From NCBI GenBank assembly GCA_039000725.1, contig JAWBNO010000001.1, forward strand, positions 23,616 to 87,615: DNA of 64,000 bases, read 5' to 3'. The notes below the pieces were generated by a model. The model saw nothing but the letters and a program-made list of their open reading frames with translations. It did no database searches and was not told the origin of the DNA. The stretch is from Candidatus Aenigmatarchaeota archaeon (lineage in GTDB: Archaea > Aenigmatarchaeota > Aenigmatarchaeia > CG10238-14 > SpSt-28). Every line of letters begins with the position of its first letter. The stretch's first letter is position 1. Shown one piece after another: positions 15,001-24,000 of the stretch. A program made the translations under genes and the position numbers.

Positions 15001-18000
15001 AGCTACCAATCAAAACATATGGTAAGGCGTTAAATGGTGCTATTCTAGTATTTGCATCTTTATAATACAAAGATGCTTGTACTCCTCCAAACCAATAGTT
15101 TTGTCCTAAATTAAAGTTATTTAAAGGATTACAGAACTCTTGATTTGAAGCCTTAAGTATTATATAACCACTCTCATTTATTGAAGGTGCAATTGAGTAA
15201 ATCTTATAAGTTTGATTATTACCAAATTGGCTTAAAGCTATATAAGCTTTGTTGTCTTCTAAAACAAAAGGTATTGTTTGATTATCAATATCAAATGCAT
15301 ATATTGTGAAATTGTAACCAAAAGCTCTTAAAACAGTTTCATTCCAGGATGGTTGAATTGGAGTAAGAGCTAAATCATCCTTTTCTACAGTAAAAACATA
15401 ACCATAAAGCTCTTTACTACCATCAGTATTTATTCCTTCAAACTTAAACTCCCAATTTGAAATATCAGTATAATCGTAATCATAACTAAAGTTAAATTGA
15501 TGCCAATCGTAGCAAGAATAGCAAGTTTGCTCTCCAATTAACCTCCAAATATCACCAACTTTTCTATGGTAAGCTCTAATTGTTACATCTCTTCCATATC
15601 TATCTCTAACTTCAACACCAAATTCAAACTTCTCTCCCCATCCACCAGTATTGTTTTCATTTCCGTTTATGTAAAGCTTTGCATTTCTTAAGAGAGGTGT
15701 ATAGTCGTAGAATTTTGATTTTATAAAAATGTTTTGAGATTCGTTAAATAGGTTTCCTAAGTTCCATGTAAATTCTATTTTATCTATTGAAATGTTTGCA
15801 AAAGGATCTTCTGTAGAATCAACATATGAAGATAATTCTATTTTTCTCAAACTTTCTATGAAATAATTTCTAAAATCTTCTTTTATTGGGAAATGTAAAG
15901 TATAAGTTCCAAATTTCTCATCAAAACTGAAATCTTGCCAAACTATATATTCTCTATTCAAATCATCAAAAACTTTTAGATAAGAATTTCCTATGGTTAT
16001 ATTTTTACCTAAAAATTCATTAGAAAGGGTAAAAACTAGGTTATCTAAACTTTCATATCTTGCATTTGATGGTTTTTCTAAATTCAAAACTTGCGTTAAT
16101 ATGCAATAAGCTGGTTTAGATGTTGAGCTACAATTTAATAATAAGTTAGTTTCGTTAGTAATTTTGCTTCTAGTATCTCTTAATCCTTCTGCAACCAAAA
16201 TGAATTGTTTTTCATTACTGCAAACTATGGTAAAGTTGAATAGTTGAGATTGGTATACATTTAAATTTCCAATTTGCCAAACAATTTTTCTTTCGCTACT
16301 ATTCCAATACCCATTTTCAATATTCGTTAAATAACATTCATCTGGAATATATAGCTTTATTGTCCATTCTGAATTTGTATTTATATCTCCTATGTTAGTT
16401 ACCTTTAATGTTAAGTTGTAAGGTACATTTGCTCTTATACTTCTAACTTCTGGCCAAGGATAGTTTGGATCTTGAGTTACAAATAGATCAAATTGTAAGT
16501 GGGATTCTTGAGGATATCTATATGTATAAACCTTAGCATTATACTTATCTTCTAAATAGTAGATTTCATTCCAGCTAACATTATAACTCATGGTGCCTTC
16601 TGTTGCTAATCCAGGTGGAGCTTTAACTTGATAAGATAGGACTGCATATTTATTTGGTTTAATTTCACTTAACTTCCAAGTTAATATATTATTAATCAAA
16701 TCTGTTTCTGCATAAATTAAATCAACATCTTTATCCATAACTTCTTCATCATTCGCATATTCATTCTTTTCTATTGAAGGATTTGCTCCTATCCATCCAG
16801 CAGAAATTTTTTCTACTAATGTAACATTATTTGCTATTCCACATCCTTTATTATGTACAACTATTCTAGGTTTAAATACGATTGAAGAAGAAACTATGGA
16901 AGGTATTTCTCTTATAACTTCCAAAATAGGAATATTTGGTGATACTCTAATTTTAATTTCCTTTTCTAAATTCTTTCCTTTAGCATAACTATAGTTTAGA
17001 ACAACAAAAACAGAATATTCTTCTTCATAATCAGAAAAGGCAGTTAAGTTAAACTCTACTTCATAATATCCTTTTCCTTTAGAATATATTTGAACAAAAG
17101 ATGGAGAATAACTCCAACCATTAGGAACTCTTAAAGATACATTATATTCAATTTCATCTTCTAACGGCTGATAAATTTTAACTTTTATTTTTTCTGTTGT
17201 TGAATTACATTGATATTTAGAATAATCTACATCTAACTTCAATCCTCCTAATACAAAATCCCTATAAATTATTTTTGAAATATTCTCATAGCTCAAAATA
17301 GCTATTATTCTATATTCTCCTTCTTCCAAATTAGATACTTTAATGTTTGTAAAGTTGATATAAGCATAACTATTTGCTCCAACATATCCTTCTCTTTCTG
17401 ACGAATATATTTCATTTCCATCTTTAACCAATTTCAAAGTTAAATTAAACATTTTACCTTCATCCAAAGAATTACCAATCCTAACTGAAACATTTAAATA
17501 ATCTTCAGATTTATCCAAACTCTCTACTTCAACATCTTTTATTATCAGTTTTATTCCTTCTACTTTTGCTGTTTTATTATAATAAGCTGTAAATGTTACT
17601 TTTTCTATATTAACAAAATTATCTCCAAAATTTGAAATTCTAACCAAACATTTTCCATCGGAATTTGAGCTAATTTGATTTAATAATATTGGAATGAAAT
17701 AGTTTTCGTTTCCTTCTACGTTTAAGTTGTCCTTTACAGTAATCCAATTAGATGAGTTAAATGTTTCTATTATAATCTTAGAACCTTGAGAAGAAATGTT
17801 TAAAGTTAAGTTAGCAACTCTATAATCTCCAGCTTCACAATCAAATTTGAGAATTAGAGCTTCTTCTGGCTGCAAAATTTTTGGCAACGAATTATCTTCT
17901 GTTTGTAAGAAATTGTACACAATAAATTCTCTACTAAAAGTCTCTTTACTTCCAGCATTGCTTGAATTTACATAAAAGCTTATTCTATAAACTCCGCTGC

Positions 18001-21000
18001 TTGTTGGATATATATTCCAACTTACTCTTTTAAACTCTCCAGTTTTAACTTCTCCCAGATATATTACATTTTTATCAACAAACCAACCATTTGGAATACT
18101 AATATTTATATAAACATCATTAGCATCTCCTACCCAAGAAGTAACATAAGTCACAATTGTAAAGTTTTTGTATTGAAATGTTTCTCTTGGCAATTCTATT
18201 GAATAAATATCAATTTGTGGTTGACAACCTGGAAGTTGAATTGTTATGGAATAGTTTCCAATTGATGCTTTTTTATAATAATGATTATCATCAGTTATTT
18301 CAGCACCCCAATATTGAGATCCTTCTAGCCAACCATAACAATCTGTTATATTAAGTAAGTAGTTTGCGTATCCAGATTCATTTGTATAAACACTTCCCAA
18401 AACTTTATAACCATTTGGATATCTATCATCATAAATTTTGAAAGTTACCAAAGCTGGGGGATTTAATTCATATGTATTTGCATCTAAATCAAAGACTCTA
18501 ACAGAAAGTAAAGCTGATTGCGTATTTCTTATAACAACAGAATTATTTCCACTAACATATTCCAAAGAAACATCATCTTTTTCAACAATTACATATTTTA
18601 CTTCTGTTGTAGATGTTGGACCTAAAGAAAACCTATAGTACCAAGTTCCTACTTCATTTGAGCTAAAGTTTCTTAAGAAAGTTACAACTTGTCTATAACA
18701 ATTAAAGCAACTTACTGGAGTAAAATTAACACATTCGTAGCAAGGTAAAGCTGGTGGCCAAAGATTTCCCAAGTATATGTTTACATCAAAACTTTCTTCA
18801 CTATTTCCACTCGAAGCTAAAACTGTGAAATTCCAATTCTTATATCCCCAACCTTCTTGCAATGGATAAGATTGTGGATTTTCTAATTTGTAAATTGGAA
18901 GAAGATAGAATAATCCTGGAATACCAAAATTTACACTCCAATTAGAATAATGAAACTCTTTCCAAGCAAACATACTAACATTATACCAACCCATTGGAGT
19001 TGTTATTTCTGTATGCCAATCACAAGTATAGGCATTAGAACCAACTTGAATTACATCAGAGCACTCAAAAGATGCTAAACTATGGTTTGCGAAAAATGTT
19101 GTATTTAAAGTTAATGGATCTCCACAATCGTCAATAACATAAGCTAAAAATGTTATAGTATCTTCTTGAGTGTAATTTGAAGTACCATCAGGCCTAACTA
19201 TATTTGGTATTATGTCTCCAGTTACCAAAACTCTTAACTCAAAATAATTTTCTGTTGAGTTATCAAAATAGCAATCATCATTTCTTAATTCTGCCTTCCA
19301 TTTTTGATATCCAACCAGATATTTTGGAGAACATAATGCTAAGAAATTATAATTAGCATAACCTGAAGAATTTGTTTGGACTAAGCTTCCTATATCATAA
19401 ACTATTCCGTCTAAGGTTACGTAAAATCTTAAAGGTAAGTTTGAAATATATGTACCATTAAGATCTTTTACCCTAACACTCAAAACTGTTGGAAGTTTTC
19501 CTCTTCTACTTTCAGTACTATTTCCTAAAATTTCTTCAAAAATTATTCTACTCTTAGTTATGGCAAATGGTAGCAAAGTAGAATTCACTGTTCCTGCAAA
19601 ATTGGTTGCATTAAATTTAATAAAAACTGGATTACCTATATCACTACAATCTGGATCGAATTCAAATGAATAATTTTTCCAAATTCCAATGTTGCTTCCT
19701 GGAGCTTGATATACATCGCAACCTATTAATTTAAATGGCTCAGTTCCTGTTTTACTAAACCAAGAACAAATTTGAACATCATTCTCTGAATTAGAAACCC
19801 TAACTGAAATGTTAAATGTAAAGTTAAAACTCCATGAGCCAGAAGATGAACCTGTTTCTTTTGAAATTGCTATTGGATTTTCTAATTCAATTAATGCTGG
19901 TGGTGCATTTATTGTAATATCTCTGCAAGAAGAAACTACTGTAGAATTTTCAGTGGCATTTGCATTAATACAAAATGTTATTATTCCTGGTGATAATCCT
20001 GTAGTGTCTATTGTGAAATAATAGTCATTAAAAGCAACTTTCGTTTCTTTTGGTAGTATATTACCCAAATAAATCCAATTACTTTCTATTCCACTAGAAT
20101 TATAAATTCTTAAATTTTCTAATCCTCTCATTGGAGTAGAATTAGTATAGTTAATCCAAACTATTACATTACTTGCATTTCCTGGACCATCATTATAAAT
20201 GTTTGCCGAAATGTTGAAGATATCATTAACATATATAGTTGGCTCTGGATATTCTCCTATTCTTGTTCTAATTTGGTCTACACTTAAAGAAGCTCCACAA
20301 GAAATTGAAATTATATATTCTTCATCGAAAAAGCTAAAAGTGTTGTTAAGTGCTAAAGATTGAAAACTAAAAGTACCATTAGTTTGATATGGAACAAAAA
20401 TTGAATAAGTAAAGTTTCTTGCATTATCTTTTCCTGTAGTTATGAAATTTATTCCGCCATCCCAGCTAATTAGTTTTGATTGCTCTAAATAAGGATTAGA
20501 AGGATTAAAATCGTAGAAAATTAGATCTCCAGGATGGGTTTTAAGTATATCGCTTTTTGTTTCATTTATTCTAAAGTTATAAGCAGGTAAATTACCTTTA
20601 TTAAAAACTTGTAATTTAGTTGAAAAATTACCGCAAGCGAAAAATGATGGAAAATCTTGTTGTTCATTTGTTGGAGTAGTGTTATAATATTTTATTGTTT
20701 TAATCCATGGTCCCCTTAAAACTACAACAGGTCTGGCTGTTGGATGCCCCCATCTAGATCTCTGTTGATAAGCATTCAAATAAATTAGAAAAGCCTTACC
20801 GCCTGGTGTAAATTCTGGAATATAAGACGTGTTAATACTGAAATTTATTAAAACTCTACTTTGTGAACTAACCGACCAATACCTGTTATTTGTTCCCGTT
20901 TTACCGGCGGTCGATTTAAATCCAGTCCATTTAACTTCATAACCACTATAAACAGAACCTCTCGGATAACCATCATCTGGTTCTACATCAAAATTAAAGG

Positions 21001-24000
21001 GAATTATTCCGGGAGGTGTGTACATTTCTATTGTATAAATGTATGAGGTACCATCACCCGTGTTTCCTATTTGCAATTGAACTCCTATGTTATTAGTACC
21101 ATAAGGTAAAGATGTTATATTTAAAGTTACAGTAAATGGATCTGTATTAGTACCAACTGCTGGAGATTGATAAATATCAGTAAGTGTGATTGGACTACCG
21201 GTTTCCGGATCGTTCCATATAACTTCCGTTAAATACTCTTCTACTCCTGTATCACCTATTGGTAGATATCTAACATTATACCAAAAACAATCAGAAACCG
21301 TGATATTTCTTTGCAGGCATTGAAAGTTACCTGTTCCTTTAGTGCAATCAACACCATCTGAAGTTGTTATTGTTGTAGAGGCAGAACCAACATTTTCAAC
21401 AGTAGTATATTCTGTTATATTCGCAGTTATGTTATAGTCGCCGTAATTGCATATCCACACTGTTCTATTGTTATAGGCATTTGTTGTATCAGCAGTGCTG
21501 TGCTCGGGGGATGTATGAAAAATAACTAATGGTGATGGCTTGTTACCACCATAGTTGTAGACTTCGAAGTTTTTTTGATATTGTTTTGAACCACCACTAT
21601 AACTTATATTTACTTTAGCTGTGTACGTTTTTGAAGCATCGACATTATCTGGTACTAATATATGCCACCTTAAAGTTGTATTAACACCCGGATTTAAAGA
21701 AGAAATTGTTTGAGTATTACCCTCTATCATAAACCAGTTAACTTTGTTACTTCCATCGTAAATTTCTAAAGTTACATTTATGTTGCTTAGCGAAGAAGTT
21801 CCATAATTTTTGAGTGGTAGGATAGCTGTTGCTACATGTCCTCCAATAACTTTGTTTGAAATTAAGTTCCCTTGCATGTTGAATTTCTTCTCACCAGTAG
21901 GTGAAAATATCTCAAAGCTGTCAAAAATATCAACACCGTCGCAAGAAATTAATTGTACATCTAATTTATCCGTATCATATTTTACTTGTGCATATGTTGC
22001 AGATAAAAATATCCTAAGCGTATACCAACCTATTTCTGCAGTGGGAGAAGTAGTTATATCAAAAGTTGCATTACCACATCTATCCGCAATACCTGGATCA
22101 CATGTAAAGCCAGATGCACCACCACTGAAACCTTCCACTTGGTATGGTTGGGCAGATAAAACACTCCACCCATAGTATGGTAAATTATTGAATGTTGCGT
22201 CGGTAGGTTTTTTAATTCTTATAAAAGCGTTCTGTGCCGATGTAGCGTCATCACTCGCTAATTCGATTATTGCAACTTTGATTGTATAATTTTTGCCTCT
22301 ACAAATAGCCTCTGGACTAACTATGTTAGGAGTATTTTTTTCATAAATTTCCCATACCATAAAAAAGTATCTAACATCTGCGACGGCTAGTGTCCAGTAC
22401 TTTGATTCATTAAAGCTGTAGTTGTTACTCTCTATAGTTAGTGGGCCTATTGAATAGATTCTAGGAGAAATATATGGTGTTGTAAAAGAATATCTAAGTT
22501 TAATTAGCTCACCTTCGCTTACAGAAGTAAAGTTCCACATAATACTTATATATTCTGGATTTTTGGAAACTATTCCGTTTGTCTTTATGTTGGAAAAGTT
22601 CAAAGGTAAGTATTCAACTATTGTCACATTTGTTGCATTAACCATAGACAGAATTTCTATTTCCATAGTTGGTTCAGTTAGCATATCTGCAATGGTAACA
22701 GAACTCCTCTTTACGAAGAAAGAAGAAGAATCTCTTACCTCAAAAAAAGTTTCATAACAAAAGCTTGAATTTTTACCTGAAATGTAAGAATAGATAGTAT
22801 ATTTTCCTATTTCGTTGGTTATGTTATGATAAACAACATACGTACCGTCACCATTATTTTTAACAGTATCGTTCAAAGTCGAATAAGTATAATTTTTTCC
22901 AAGTGGTGAATTGATTATTAAAGTAATATTTGCGTCATAAACTCTCTTTCCTAACTCGTTTAAAACTCCAATTATTATCTCTACCTCCTCACCAGGTAAG
23001 TAAATAGATTTTGGCGTATTGATAGCAACCAATCCAACTCCAAATTCTGTTTCTTCCTCTTCTAAGACTTCAACAACTTTTTCCGAAAATTTAAATGGCT
23101 CTCTTCCTTTTTCCACAAACTTTTCTTCAATCGTCTTGACTTTCAATTTATACAAACCTGGCCTAAAACTTCTTCCAAAATCTAAATCAACAAAATATTT
23201 GCCATCTTTTTCATAAAACTCAACTTCTTTTTCACTTCCTTCGGGATCTATCAAATAAACTTTAACATTTTTTCTATCAACTCTCTTTTCAAAATTAATT
23301 TCAAATTTTGCCTTTTCACCTAAATTATAATTGAATTTCTCTTTCACTATTTTTGGTTTAAACAAAAATTCTCTACCTTTTAATTCAATAGTTTTATTTA
23401 CCACTCCATATTCACTAAAAACAATCAAATCTAAAGAATAATTTAAAGGTAATAATAGATTAACATAAAATTCAAAATTATCAGAAAAGTTTTGGGAAGA
23501 ACTAAAAACTGTTTTACCTTGGAAGTTTTTAACTAAAAGCGTCACATTTCCAGGAATTAGATAATTACCATATGTTAAATTACCAAATACTCTAATTGTT
23601 GTTGTGTTTAATCTATCATAGAAAACATTTAGCGTTAACTTTACATATTCAAAATAAATTGATTTTTCCTCTACTAAATCTTTATAAACTGCTTTAATTT
23701 TGTAATTTCCAGATTCTGAGAAATTAGCATCTAGAATTGTTTCAAATTTACCATCTTTTACTTCAACTTGAATACTATAAACAACTTTATCCTCAAGGTT
23801 TATAGAAATAATCAAACTATCAGTAATTTTTTCTCCATAGATAAGCTCTCCATATATTTTTATTTTTTCACCATATTTGTAAAAGTCCTTATCTGTAAAT
23901 AACTTTAGCTCTTTCCTAAAAGTTTCTTCTTTATATATTTCAATTTCTTTCTCAGAACCAAAAATAAAAGAATCTTCATCACCCTCAAAAACAACTTTAA

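Noticed and set aside
1150-15700. The ~970-bp periodicity read as a CRISPR array or non-coding satellite
   Set aside because: The period is far too long for CRISPR and has no short identical repeats. Every unit offset is a multiple of 3, and conservation is at the protein level rather than the DNA level.
20700-22400. A locally GC-richer stretch inside the giant ORF, as a possible horizontally acquired domain
   Set aside because: This is only a visual impression and nothing was computed. It may simply reflect a Gly/Pro/Ala/Arg-richer domain composition.
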